Shown here piece by piece: positions 35,199 to 50,673 of a stretch of DNA of 64,000 nt; position 1 is the stretch's first letter, and the number at the start of each line of letters is the position of its first letter. Source of the DNA: Sphyrna mokarran (taxonomy: Eukaryota); contig JAGIQG010000023.1 in the NCBI GenBank assembly GCA_024679065.1, positions 10,664,001 to 10,728,000 of the forward strand. Reading direction: 5' to 3'. The translations under genes and the position numbers were made by a program. Under the pieces are notes generated by a model that saw only the letters and a list, made by a program, of their open reading frames with translations, was not told the DNA's origin and did not search any database.

Positions 35199-35465
35199 TA
35201 AAAGCAGCAAACGTGAGGCTGACTGTCTGAACTTCTACCAATTACGTAGCACCACACATCAGAAATCAGTCACAGCAACAATCAAAGATTCATACTCTTT
35301 ACAAAGATACAAATAGTTCAATGTTCTTGCAATGCAAGAATTCTGGGCTCAGGGGAAACTTAGCTTCTTCAAGTTAATACTATTAAGACAAACTCTGCAT
35401 GGCGCATCTTAAAGAATTCCATTGAATACACGTACTGATGTTAGGGTCCATTATAAAGATGTTTA

Positions 35466-35702
<237 letters not shown>

Positions 35703-35796
35703 TCAGGGAAACATAAATCTGTGAAACTTTCACCAGAATTTTAACTCATTAGTGCCACAGTAGCAGTATAAAATGCATAGTTATTAGTAATTATTG

Positions 35797-36055
35797 GGGT
35801 GGTACAGTGATAGTGGTTAGCACTACTGCCTCACAGCACCAGGGACCCAGATTTGATTCCACGGCTTGAGTCATTGTCTGCGTGGAGTCTGCACATCCTC
35901 CCCATGTCTGTGTGGGTTTCCTTCCACAGTCTGAAAGACATGCTGGTTAGATGCAGTGACCCAAACAGATGCCAGAGTGTGAAGACTAGGTGAACTTCAC
36001 AGTAACTTCACTGCAGCGTTAATGTAAGCCTTACTTGTGGCTAATAAATAAATTA
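35797..36055 (+). mobile_element. HE1-like SINE type B
   Basis: Consensus match. Confidence 0.84.
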
Positions 36056-36129
36056 ACATTTTTATAATTGCAGTCTTTCCACTTCTTTTCTACCCAAGAT
36101 GCAGCTCTACAATGGCAAATACAATACTA

Positions 36130-36550
<421 letters not shown>

Positions 36551-36664
36551 AAATTTTGCTGATTCTATTTGATCATTGTCCGTTCAACAAAAGTTGCGCC
36601 TTGGTCATTGCAACATGAGCATACTGGGTCTTGTAGCAAGGAAACCAGAGATCTGCTAGTTCTG

Positions 36665-37258
36665 ACTGATTTATTATTGTCACATGTATTAGTGTACACA
36701 CAAACAAAGCATACTGTTCATAAAGAAGGAAATGAGAGAGTGCAGAATGTAGTGTTAGTCATTTCTAGTTTGTAGAGAAAGATCAACTTAGTGCGAGGTA
36801 GGTCCATTCAAAAGTCTGATGGCAGCAGCGAAGAAGCTGTTCTTGAGTTGGTTGGTACGTGACCTCAGACTTTTGTATCTTTTTTTTGACGGAAGAAGAT
36901 GGAAGACAGAATGTCCGAGCTGCAAGGGGTTCTTAATTATGCTGACTGCTTTGCGAGGCAGGGGAAAATGTACATAGAGTCAATGGATGGCAGGTTGGTT
37001 TTGCGTGATGGATTGGGCTACATTCATGGCCTTTTGTTGTTATTTGCAGTCTTGTGCAGGGCAGAAGCCATGCCAAACTGTGATACAACCAGAAAGAATG
37101 CTTTCTATGATGCATCTGTAAAAGTTGGTAAGAGTCGTAGCTGACATGCCAAATTTCTTTCTTGAGAAAGTAGAGGCATTGATGGGCTTTCTTAACTATA
37201 ATGTCAGCATGGGGAGAACCAGGACAAGTTGTTGGTGATCTGAACACCTAAAAACTTG
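36665..37258 (-). mobile_element. Rex1/Babar-type LINE 3' fragment
   Basis: Similar to 9905-10505; IVKKAHQCLYFL motif. Confidence 0.75.
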
Positions 37259-37480
37259 CTTTCAAACTCACTTAACAGGGCCATTATTACTGAGCAACTG
37301 TACAATGTTTTGGAGAAAGAAGACATTTGTTTATTATTTCTAACCAGTTTTGCCCCAAGTGGTTAAGTGAAACTATCACGTGGCTGCAACATAATACACA
37401 GGATACACGAGATGCAGATCATTCGGAATGAAATACAACATCAGACTGCAAGAGGGCTCTGCTGTACTGCAATCAAATTA

Positions 37481-37579
<99 letters not shown>

Positions 37580-38451
37580 CTAAAAGGAAAAAGATAATTT
37601 ATTAAAATGGCATTTTAAACTATATACTGATTTTCACTGAACACTATTTCTCAGCTGTTCTAGTGGGTGAGTGAGTTACCGGCAAGCAGCATTCTGCAGA
37701 AACACAAGTACAAAAGGCCAGAGCCTGCTGTTACAAAGGCTTGACAAGGGCAGCAGCAAGCTATCCCCTCCTCTACAATAATTTACTCTAAGTTCCAGAC
37801 AATCCCTGAAAATGATCCTACACAAGCCCCACAATGTCGTCAGTTTAATTACAGTGCTTTCACCTCTCATTTCACATTGCTCATTTCCCAGTCCTAAATT
37901 TGCACACAGAATCCAGGCCAGAGGAAGTGCCAACACCCTTTTTTGCAAGCTTCATCTAATCCTACCCCACAATCAGGTTGCTAGGAGGCAAGCGTGTGGT
38001 CCAAACTGATCCACTTAAAACACTGTTTTCCACTTCTCCCTCTGGAGACTCGCTTGGCAATCGAACAAAACTGGAGTTTCAAGCCTGTGGTTTATATTCT
38101 GTAAATCCTGCAATGTATGGGTGCCTGTCCACAATGAAGGCTTGTCAGCTGTGATCACACTTTTTTTTAAAAACATACAAAAAGGGTGCCTCAATCCTGA
38201 GGCATATTCCCAGTCACTCATTCACCTTTCCCAATAGTGGTTAGCCATCTGCAGGGAGCACTCATTGACTTTGCTGCCTGCACCCTCTGTTCTTAATCAC
38301 TGAGGTTCCTAGAGCAAATCTGTTAATTGGCCACCTCCTGGATAATTGTACAGGTGGGAGAACCATCAGGGTCAGAATCCAGAAACTGTCTGCCTTTAAA
38401 ACCTAAATTAGTAAGTTTCTGCCCTCAGTCGTTGCTGTTTCCCCTTTTAGT

Positions 38452-38720
38452 TTAGAGTCATAGTCATAGCGGTTTACAGCAATGGAAAAGGCTCTTCAGC
38501 TCAACTTGTCTATGCTGCCCATTTTTACCATTCAGCTAGTCCCAATTGCCTGCATTTGGCTCATATCCCTCTGTACACACCTTACTGTCTAAATACTTTT
38601 TAAAAGACAAAATTGTACCCGCTTGTTTTAGACACTCACCACCCTCTGTGTGAAAAAATTGCCCCTCTTGAACTTTTTGTATCTCTCCCCTCTCACCTTA
38701 AACCTATGCCCTCTAGTTTT
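38452..38720 (-). mobile_element. CR1-type LINE 3' tail fragment
   Basis: Similar to 21652-21925. Confidence 0.75.
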
Positions 38721-38807
38721 ACTGAAATGCTGTTTGAATAAGCTACCAGAGGGCTGTCTACACCAACAGGACAACACCCAAATAACACTCAGTGCTTTCA
38801 GTAATGG

Positions 38808-39380
<573 letters not shown>

Positions 39381-39993
39381 TTACAAAATAAAACCACGGG
39401 AGAAACAAGCAAAAAAAAATTTCATTTTTGTGTCCAGCTACTTGTATTCAAAATTAATTCATATTTAGATTAACTAATAGCTATTCTTAAATTAGCAAGA
39501 ACTTTTAACATAGCAAATTCTGAAGCTAATTATTTTCGGAATGCTAGTAGTATCAGACACTTACTAAAAGATTACACAGGATTATAATGTCAAGTAGCAT
39601 CACCACTGTGCTACATGCAGGTTACAAGCAGAGCTAGCATCCATTAGACTCCTGAGTAGCAACCCATAACATCTGCCATTTGGAAAGGCAGAGGAAGCAC
39701 ACCATCCATATCAGACATATATCCGCATTCCTTTGTTCTTGCAGAGTTGGGAACCCAGTAGCTCTTTCACCTGCAACCCTTTGGGCTCTTAAAGGGAAAT
39801 AAACTTGCAGGTTGGCAAGGATTGAGCTGGGGAGTGGGCCTGATTGGAGGAAGTGGCCTTGCACTTAATGGACCAAATGGTCAGCTTTTTAAAGCTCAAA
39901 ATAGAAGGGACCATTGGCTTGGTAGTTTCACAAGCTTGCTATCTATTTTAACCCCAATTCCCTGCGACTTTAATATTTTTCTTCAGGAGTTCA

Positions 39994-40140
<147 letters not shown>

Positions 40141-40532
40141 TCATTGTTAAGAGGAAGTGCACAAATATGCAAGAACATCCGTAGCCATGTACAACACAAA
40201 TACAAACCAAAAAGTGATTCACAAGATGCATCATTGCTAATAATATCCAGTGTTCATTCACAGCTGGTTACTGAGAAACATGAATCAAGTGCTCTGAAAT
40301 TACTACAAAAATCACTGAAATAGTCAATCTGACAACATGACATATGTCACAACACATCAACATCCAGAGTACACTGGACACTTGCTTCTGTTAACAAAAC
40401 GGAAGAAAATTCAATTTAAAAAGGGAAAACAAAACAAAAAATACAAATTGCAATAAATTTGTAGTTTGTATTAAAAAAAAATTCATTTGATAGCAGTGCT
40501 TCGCAAACATTCACAGAAACCAAGTGCCAGAA

Positions 40533-40843
40533 CCCTGATTGTAACAGGGTTAGGATGGCATGGCGACACAGCACCAGGGGCCTGGGTTCAATTCCCAGTT
40601 TGGGTCACTGTCTGTGTGGAGTTTCCACTTTCTCCCTGTGTCTCCAGTTTCCTACAACAATCCAATGATGTGCGAGTTAGGTCGGTTGGCCAGCCGGCCG
40701 TATTAAATTGCCCCTTAGTGTCAGGGGGACTAGCTAGGTTAAATGCATGGGGTTCTGGGGATAGGGCCTGGGTGAGGTTATGATCAGTACAGTCTCAATG
40801 GGCTGGAAGGCCTCCTTCTGCACTGTAGAGTTCTATGATTCTA
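40533..40843 (+). mobile_element. HE1-like SINE type A
   Basis: Consensus match with small deletions. Confidence 0.8.
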
Positions 40844-41028
40844 CCAGAATCAGATATAGGAGTGTAATCAATTCATATCTAAACAGTACATACAGTAAAT
40901 TAATCTAATATTTGATTCACCTCTGTCACTGTCTCATTTTTCCTAAAGATATTTTTCAGTGCGTCATCATTTTTGCCTTCCCCACCCGATAACTCATTTC
41001 AAAGCAATATTTGCAAGCACGCTAGCTA

Positions 41029-41250
<222 letters not shown>

Positions 41251-41719
41251 TCAAACTACTTACAGGTAATCAAAAATCACAGTGAAGGGTCTGATGGTAC
41301 AGATAAAGGAATACATCTTTCTTAAATGTTAACCCATGGTGTAGGGGCTTTAAGAGTCCATTTAGGTAGAGTTCCATACAGTTTGCCTCTTCACTCAATT
41401 CAGTTAAATGAGTTGAATATTAACATATAAACACAAGTAACAGGAATAAGAGTAGGCCAGTCAATAAGCCTTCTACAATCCACTCCACTTTCCCACCCCA
41501 TTCCCATATTCCTGGATTCCTTTAGTATACAAAATTCTACCAATCTCAGTCCTGAATATATTTTGCTGCCCAAACATTCACTGCCCTCCTGGGTGGAGAA
41601 CCTTCAGTGAAAAGAATTCTTCTCACCTCTGCCCTAAATGGCAAACTTCTAATCCCAAAATGATGACCCCCCCATGTTCTATTCTCTCTGGACAGAGGAA
41701 ACCACCTCTCAAGCATTTA

Positions 41720-41911
41720 GATAAAAGCAAAATGCTGCAAATGCTGGAAAATCTCCGCAGGTCTGACAGTGTCAGTGAGGAGAGAATAGAGCCAATGTTT
41801 CGTGTTGAGCCTGCTGTGACTAAGGGTCATTTAGACTCGAAATGTTGGCTCTATTCTCTCCCCTCAGATGCTGTCAGACCTACTGAGATGTTCCAGCATT
41901 TTCTGCTTTTG
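41720..41911. mobile_element. Foldback Penelope-like remnant (family P2) with 13-bp target-site duplication, inside a degraded minus-strand CR1 (about 41420-42250)
   Basis: Long imperfect inverted arms; TCTCAAGCATTTA at 41707-41719 and 41912-41924. Confidence 0.78.
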
Positions 41912-42812
41912 TCTCAAGCATTTACCTAGTCAATGAGGTCTTCTCTTAATCGTGGAAACTCCAAAGAACACAGGCTAACTTGACTTGAACTCTCCCCATT
42001 TCTCATTCCAGGAATCAATTTAGCGAACCTTTGTTACCAACTTTTTAAGGCAACTATATCATTTCTCCAGTAAGGAGACAAAAAGGCACACAGTTCTTTC
42101 TACAAGTTTGGTCTCATGAAAAGTTCTATATAATGCTTGAAAGACTTCCATACATTTACACTCCAAACGCTTTGTAATAAAGGCTTACATAGCATTTCCC
42201 TTCCTAATTTGCTTGTTGTACTTGAAGGTGAACTTTGCAATTCGCATACATCACCAAAAGTTAAAAGTTCTTGAACGATAGTAACTTAATTAATTAGACA
42301 CTGCTAATACCCAAGGGATTATTTCATCAGTTAAGTGCACAGAATTGTAAGCTCTTCATAATAATTTGTTCTGTCATCTACTGAATGATTGGTTCAATAT
42401 CACCACAGGATCAAGTCAATTTGCTGCACAATTTAGAGATTACTAGAAGTATTCACAGATGAGTCATTTTATTACTTTAAAGCTTATTTTCTCCCTGAAA
42501 CCAATAATTGCTGAAGGGAGGCAATTCCACTGGTCAGTTGCCTCCAACAGTTTCCCAAGTGACCATTCTGAGGGATTGCTGCTGAACATAAGTCACATTC
42601 ACAGCAGCAGTCACTGAATAGTGACTAGGAACAAGAGCCAGCGATGATTGTTTTGAGCCACTGTGACTGATGATTAGCAAACAATATGTAGAGGGAATTG
42701 AACTGAGGAAAAGCGTGGCTAGCCAGAATTCACTGAATCATGAGGAGATTAACTTGTCCCTTATCAGTGCAGAGTGGAGGAGAAGGAAATTCAGTTTCCC
42801 TTCTTCGACACG

Positions 42813-43095
42813 AGACAGCACCGTGACACAGCTGTTAGCACTGCTGCCTCAAAGCACCAGGAACCCGGGTTCAATTCCCAGCTTGGGTCGCTGTGTGCGG
42901 AGTCTGTACGTTCTCCCTGTGTCTGTGTGGGTTTCCTCCCACAGTGCAAAAGGCGTGTTGGTTGGGTGCATTGGCCATGTTAAATTCTCCGAGTGTACCC
43001 AACGGGTGCCGGAATGTGACGACTAGGGGATTTTCACAAGACTTCATCACAGTGTGTAAGCCCACTTGTGATTAATAAACAAACTTTTAACTTTA
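42813..43095 (+). mobile_element. HE1-like SINE type B
   Basis: Consensus match; a tail-only copy also lies at about 44023-44130. Confidence 0.85.
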
Positions 43096-44182
43096 TATGC
43101 GAGTGTACACCAGTTCTCCCCGTCCACTCTCGTGCCAGGCCCCAGAGCAAAACACAACGTTAAAGATTGCTCCAGTTCCTGGTTAGGAAGTGAGCCGAAG
43201 CCAAGTTATTCAATGGAAGTTAGAACCTTGTGTTGGGTCCACTTTATTTGATTCAAAGGGTTTAAAAGGTCTTCTCTATCGTAGACTCAAGTCGTGTAAT
43301 TTATAAAAGATTGACTTAACATTGCTGTTGGTGCGTCCATCCAGCATGACATGGACCAAATGATTTGAGATGTGATCACCTGTTTGTGTGAAATTAGCTG
43401 GTGCCTTCCATTATGAACACTAAAGCTGGCCTACCTATGCAGGCATAGGGAGAAAGGAAAGCAGCAAGACTGATATCTGTTGACTAGAACCATTAGGACG
43501 TTGATTTTAGGCAAGGTTCCTGTTTGAGGTCCTGACTGATCAAGCTACATGATGACTCTTAAATTTTCCAGATTCAACTGGTTGATAAAGCATCACAAAA
43601 TGCCAAAAATCACCATCGAGTATGAATTATGCATGGAAGTAAATATATACATGAAAGAATCCGTCTTTGTGCAATATCTGCAAAATTATATAGGGTGGTA
43701 TTTTCTGCTCAACTTCCCAACTGCCCTCTTCCCTCACCAATCCACCCCCACACTCCACTCCACCCCTTTACCCCACACACCTCATCTATTATTCAATTAT
43801 GAACCAAACTAAAAAAAAAACATTTCTCAGAGGAAAGCATTGCAAAAAAGGTAGCTGACTAAATAGGACAGAAATTAATCCCTAGCTAAGCAGTCACCAT
43901 ATCAGTTGCAAAGAAATAAAATATCCTACACGTTCTCTTTTAAGTACATTTTGCTCAGCTTCATCTTAAGGGTTCTGCTAACACCCTCAGTTCCCTTAGC
44001 CTTGCTGGTGAAGAGAATTGATTCGAACAGGCACGGAACTATGGCGATTAGGGAATTTCACATCAGCTTCACAGTGGTGTTAACATAAGCCTTACTTGTG
44101 ACTAATAAATAAACTTTAAAACTTTACTTTGACAGCCGACGCTTGAGCACAGAGCTATAATAAAGCTTCAAAAGTGATCTTA

Positions 44183-44272
<90 letters not shown>

Positions 44273-44988
44273 CTAGAAAAATATATCAAAAGATTTACAT
44301 TATTGAGTTTCTCGTCCTCTACAATCTTTCTCCTTGAGGAGCTGTAAATGTGATCTGTGGAATTCTGTTTGGTTTACTGCAAACCAGTTCAAAAAGCAAA
44401 GTTCAAACAAAATTTTATGTGGCTGCAGAAATATATCTTTTAAAAAAACTGCAAAGGATAGAAACTTGAAATGAAGATTGAAAATACAGGAAATAAACAA
44501 ATAGCAGCCATTATTTATGCAGAATTAAATATAGCATATGGAAAAACAAGCCATTCAGCCCAACTGGTCCATGCCATCCTTTTTTCACTAACCATTCTAC
44601 TCCCTTCACCCTCAGTTTACCCACCTTCACCTTAAGGACACTGGAATGAGAAAGACAGACTAACATTTCAAGATTTGTGATAGAATTTGTACACTTCTTT
44701 AACAAGTGACTGACAGCATCTGATCGTTACTTTCAAACAGCCATTTCTCTTGAACCTACATTCTTAATAACATAATTAATGTTACTTTTTATCCCCCTAA
44801 ATTCAAAATCAGTAAAGCAAGATTCTTGCTATTCTGGTGATTCTCTGTGCAGTAGTTAGTTTCCATATCTGCAGCTTTGTTTGCATTCCTAGGTAAGACT
44901 GACAGGTACAATGTACTCACATTCATCATTCTACCCAATATGGAAAATAAGCAAAAAAGTGGGACAATCAGCATTTCATTCTTTCTGC

Positions 44989-45190
44989 ATGATGTGCAGA
45001 TGCTGGCGTTGGATTGGGATGGGCACAGTAAATAGCCTCACAACACCAGGTTAAAGTCCAACAGGTTTATTTAGTATCACAAGCTTTTGGAGCACTGATC
45101 CAGGTGACAAAGGCTCACCTGGACTCAAAACATCAGCTTTTTTTTCTTTGGAGCCAGACCTCAGATTTCCCAGCATTTTCCCTTTTGGTT
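44989..45190. mobile_element. Chimeric Penelope-like remnant, P1 arm joined to P2 arm
   Basis: 44989-45106 matches the 28139/51236 family; 45105-45190 matches the 36448-36550 family. Confidence 0.6.
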
Positions 45191-45624
45191 TCATTCTTCA
45201 GATACATTACAGTTTGTTCAAGCAACAAGCTGCTTCTCTACAGGAGATAGGAACAGTTTTCATGCACAGAAGTTGACACAGAATTGGGGACAGAAGGGTC
45301 TTTGGAAGAGGCTAGGCGAGTACTTAGAACATTCAAGTGCATCCGTCACACCAATAACATAATTTTGGTTCTTCAGTTTTGGATTTGCAAGGAATATGTG
45401 ATACACAAATCCTTCTGCCATCTTCTTGTGATGGATGATCTTGTACTGGCAGAAAGAAGCCCACTCTCAATACTTAAACAATAACAGCTTGTTCAGAAGT
45501 TGTAACACTTGTTCACTTTCATACAATAATTGCCACAGCACCAACATAATCCAAGTCAATGCAAATATGCTCTGAAGACAGTTACATATCACACAGCCAA
45601 TGATCCCATATTTCCCATCATTTT

Positions 45625-45850
45625 TTGACTTGATTTATTACTATCACATGTACTGGCATACAGTGAAAAATATTGTGTCTTGCGCTATACAGACAAAGCT
45701 TTCTCTTCACCCTATCTGTAATTGTATCACTATCTCCTGCATCCCATTTTTTCCTTCTCTCCTACATTCGGTTTGCTTTGCCTGTATAACTCCCAAGAAC
45801 TAATACTTTTCATTATATCCCAATACACTTGATAATAATAAATCAAATTA
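45625..45850. mobile_element. Two Rex1-type 3' ends back to back
   Basis: Minus-strand tail 45625-45699 abuts plus-strand tail 45700-45850. Confidence 0.55.
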
Positions 45851-46031
45851 AACTTGCAGAATGACTATGCAAACATTACAAAAATCAACATCAGTGATCT
45901 GCACTAAACTGGAATGAATGCAATTTAATAATATTGTAACCGGACTGTAAATAGGATTATGAGAACAAAAGTTATTAGGTGAATTAAGCGACCACTTATT
46001 TAGAAATACCGGGGGATAGATTGGACATTAC

Positions 46032-46095
46032 CTCTCCGTATCCACATACTACCACTTGCTTGCCACCGAACATCACATCTGTTGTTCTCTTTAAT
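46032..46095 (-). CDS. AHCYL1: AHCYL1 exon (GLKRTTDVMFGGKQVVVCGYGE)
   Basis: 64 nt, phase 2 to 0; TTDVMF is the AHCYL1 form. Confidence 0.96.
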
Positions 46096-46784
46096 CTGAC
46101 AATACAGGAGAGAAGCAGATGATGAGATTCATAATTTATGAAATTTGTCAGCCGATTTGTAACTTCAACCAAAATAACGATTTGAGATCCAACTTTTTTA
46201 ATACAAATTCCTCTAGGCACACTGTCAGTTCTTGTGTTAATTAAGGAGTTAAAAGAGAACTCACTCCCCTGACAGCAGGAGCCATTGATGTTAGGGGGTG
46301 CAGTAGAAGGGATGCCAAAATGGCCCATGTCCTCAAGCCAGGGAAGGACAGCAAAACTAGCAAAGCAACAGTTCCTGCTTCAGATCCCTATCTAATGAGA
46401 CTCTTGCATTTGGGATCAAGCACAATGCCAACCAGCCTGTCCATAAGCATAACCCAAGCGCTCACAAAATATAATTGCTTGGAAGATCAACCAAAACCTG
46501 CAGAGACATATCCGCCAACAGAGAATCTTCAGGTCAAGAGAGAAGCAAATAGCTGGGCACAGGGAGAAAGTGAGAAATGTCACAGCACAGTTTCATTTCA
46601 GAGTCTGAATTAACAAGAGTTCCCAGCAATTTTTCAATACTTAGTTAGTTTTAACAGTTGCTTTATTGCAGCATTTCTGTCACCACCCCATATATTTTTG
46701 CAAATATTGCACAGAGAAAAGGAGAATTCCTTCAAAAGCTAAGTAACTTTTGTTTTGGTAATGAACAAGTTTATAGTTTTATAT

Positions 46785-47910
46785 ACATAGAACACTACAG
46801 CACAAACAGACCCTTCGGCCCACAAGTTACACCAATCATATCCCTACCTACCAGGCCTATCAATAATTCTCAATCCCATGAAATCTTATGTATTCATCCA
46901 GAAGCCTCTTAAAAGACCCCAACGAGTTCGCCTCCACCATCACCGACAACAGCCGATTCCACTCACTCACCACCCTCAGTGAAAAACTTACCCCTGACAT
47001 CTCCTTCGTATTTGCTCCCCAGCACCTTAAACCTGTGTCCTCTTATAGTGACCATTTCAGCCCTAGGAAATAGCCTTTGAGAATCGACCCTATCTATACC
47101 GCTCAACATCTTATAACCCTCTATCAGGTCACCTCTCATCCTTGGACCCAGTTCCCTCAAACTATCCTCATAAGGCATGCCACCCAATCCAGGCAACATC
47201 CTTGTAAATGTCTTCTGCACCCTTTCAATAGCTTCCACATCCTTCTCGTAGTGAGGCGACCAGAACTGCACACAGTACTCCAAGTGGGGTCTGACAAGGG
47301 TCTTATAAAATTGCAGCATTATCTCCCGACTCCTAAACTCAGTCCCTTGATTAATGAAGGCTAAAACACCATACACCTTCTTGACCACATCCTCCACCTG
47401 CAAGGCCAACTTAAGAGTCCTATGGACCCAGACTCCAAGGTCCTTCTGATCCTCTACACTGCTAAGAGTCTTACCCTTGATATTATACTCCTCTATACAT
47501 ATAAAGTTTTGATGTCCTGGCTGATCAAACTACATGTTGACCCTGGTACCTTTCAGATTCAAGTGGTTGATGAAGCATCCAAAAAGTGCCAAGGAGTATA
47601 AGTAATGTATTTTTCATGTACCCATTCACTCAACCTGTCCAAATCATGCTAAAGCAGCTCTGCAACCTCCTCACAGCTCAGCCTCCCACCAACAACTGTG
47701 CGTCATCTGCAAATTTGAAGATAATACATTTAGTCCCCTGCTCCAAATCATATATAATGAGTATAGCTGGGATTCTAGCACAAATCCCTGCAGTACCCAA
47801 CAACTCATTGCACGCCAAATGGAAAATGACTCATTTATTCCAACTTCCTGTCTGCTAACTAGGTTTCTATCCATCTCAAAACACCACTGCAAACTCCAAA
47901 AGAGCATCTT
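46785..47910 (-). mobile_element. CR1-type LINE fragments (46785-47490 and about 47600-47910)
   Basis: YKTLVRPHLEYCVQFWSP in ORF 46963..47409; degraded FADD region upstream. Confidence 0.85.
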
Positions 47911-48334
47911 ATCCAGCCAGGCTCACCACCAAGGCATTTAATCCATCTAGCCTTACATCTTTGGCCATTAAGAGCTAATTTAGCATGACCAATTCATACG
48001 ACCTACACTTCTCCTTCAGTAGGTAATAAAGCCTAGTTCAAGGAGCATGTAAGAGCAAGAAAATACATGTTATTTTATGCATAGCACAGAATCTCCAGAA
48101 TGAGCCATGATCATGATGCACAACCTATATTGCCAACATTAACAGAGTAAAACAGACTTATCCATTCTGCAAGATTTTTCTTGTAGATTTATGAAATTTT
48201 GTTTTGGTTAGAAACATGAAGACACGCTTCTGTTGAAATTAAAAGGATGGCATTCACAAAATTACACACACTAGTCATATTTTTAAAAAATTAAAACTAA
48301 AAAAGCAAAAAAAATCTAAATATTGTATTCCTCA

Positions 48335-48481
<147 letters not shown>

Positions 48482-49034
48482 TTAATGTATAACTTTTTTT
48501 CCTAATCTTTGAAACACATCAGGGATATATTTTATACAGATGCTGGTAACATGAAGTTAATATATCAGATTTATCCTGACTGTCAGAGTTGCTTTCTGGT
48601 CCTGTATACATACAAGAGTGCATTCACACATTGCAACACAATATACTTGTTAAAGTGCTATGGAATTTATCTTTTTCTAAGTGGGGCATACTGGATTTTG
48701 CTTGGGGTTCAAGTTTTTTTTGAAAAAGTATAATATTTCTTTTGTACTGAATTCGTTTTTTTTTAAATGAAACTAGCATGTTAGAACCAGGTTGTGTACT
48801 ATACCCACGTAAGCTTTAGTCATTTAAAAAGAATTGTAATACATAATCACAAACATATTTTCCTAACGCAGAAAAAAGTCTTCCTCTAACACCTGAAAAA
48901 TTATGGATCATTTCATGAGTGAGGCAGCTGTGTACACTAAGCTCAGGTAGTTCCACAAATGCCCCATGCACTTAAATCAAATTTTCAACCTCAGGGTACT
49001 GGTCCAACCAAGTGCTCGTTTAGATGAACATCTA

Positions 49035-50020
49035 GTGTACCTCAGGGATCTGTTTTGGGGCCACTGCTGTTTGTAATTTTTATAAATGATCTGGATGAGG
49101 GTATAGAAGGATGGGTTACTAAATTTGCGGATGACACCAAAGTCGGAGGAGTGGTAGATAGTGAAGAGGGGTGTTATAGTTTGCAGAGAGACTCGAACAA
49201 GTTGCAGAGCTGGGCCGAGAGGTGGCAAATGGAGTTTAGTGCAGAAAAGTGTGAGGTAATTCACTTTGGCAGGAATAACAAACGTGTAGAGTATAGGGCT
49301 AATGGTAAGATTCTTAATAGTGTTGATGAACAGAGGGATCTAGTTGTATATGTGCATAGATCCCTGAAAGTTGGCAATCAAGTCGATAAGGTTGTTAAGG
49401 CGGCAAACGGAGTCTTAGCTTTTATTGGTAGGGGGATTGAATTTCGGAGCCGCAACGTCATGTTGCAACTGTACAAAACTCTAGTGCGGCCGCACTTGGA
49501 GTATTGTGTACAGTTCTGGTCCCCACATTATAAGAAAGATGTGGAGGCATTGGAGAGGGTACAGAGGAGGTTTACCAGGATGTTGCCTGGTATGGAGGAA
49601 AGGTCTTATGAAGAGAGGCTGAGGGATTTGAGGTTGTTTTCGTTAGAAAGAAGGCAGCTAAGAGGAGACCTTATTGAAACGTATAAGATGATTAGAGGTT
49701 TAGATAGGGTGGACAGTGATAGCCTTTTTCCTTGGATGGAGAAAGCTAGCACGAGGGGACATAGCTTTAAATTAAGGGATGGTAGTTATAGGATAGATGT
49801 CAGAGGTAGGTTCTTTACCCAGAGAGTGGTTAGGGTACAGAATGCCCTGCCTGCTGCAGTTGTAGATGCGCCAAGTTTGGGGGCGTTTAAGAGGCCCATG
49901 GATAGGTTTATGGATGAAAAGGGAATGATTTAGGTTAGAGGGTCATTGCTTTTTCTTAATTGGTCGGCGCAACATCGAGGGCCGAAGGGATTGTTCTGCG
50001 CTGTTATGTTCTATGTTCTA
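49035..50020 (+). mobile_element. 5'-truncated young CR1 LINE, same subfamily as 7501-9671
   Basis: Uninterrupted 292-aa RT C-terminal ORF and same 3' UTR with (GTTCTAT)n tail. Confidence 0.95.
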
Positions 50021-50027
50021 GCACAGT

Positions 50028-50258
50028 TCAGAGTCCCTACATTGCAGAAGGAGGCCATTCAACTGATCAGATCTGCGCCGACTTTCCGACAGAGCAATTT
50101 ACCCCAACCAAACATACACATTTACTATGGCTACACCTCTTGGGGTAATCTAAAGTAGCAACTTGTCATGGTCAATGCACCTATACTGTGCAACTTTGGA
50201 CTGTGGGAGGAAACCAGAGCACCTAGAAGAAACCTGCACAGACACAGGGAGAACATTT
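50028..50258 (-). mobile_element. 5'-truncated HE1-like SINE type A
   Basis: Reverse consensus match. Confidence 0.75.
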
Positions 50259-50415
50259 GAGAACCTTCCTTGCTCGCTCTCTCACGGAGAGAAAAAAAGT
50301 TCGTAGCACCAATAATTTGAATTTTAAAAATCTGAATGAGTCCAGCTTCATAAAATTTAACTACTGAAGGTCATTTTTTTTTTAAAAAGAGAATAAACAT
50401 TTTCTTTGCTTCCCC

Positions 50416-50673
50416 TAAAGTTTATTTATTAGTGTCACAATTAGGCTTACATAATTCTGCAATGAAGTTACTGTGAAAATCCCCTTATCGCCACACTCTG
50501 GGGCCTGTTCAAGCTCATGGCGGGAGAATTTAGCACGGCCAGTGCATCGAACCAATTGCAGACTGTGGGAGGAAACCAGAGCACCTGCAAAAAACCCATG
50601 TAGACACAGGGAGAATGCACAGAATCCAGATCTGAGAGACAGCAGTACTAATCACTGTGCCACTATGTCACCC
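50416..50673 (-). mobile_element. HE1-like SINE type B
   Basis: Reverse consensus match. Confidence 0.8.
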
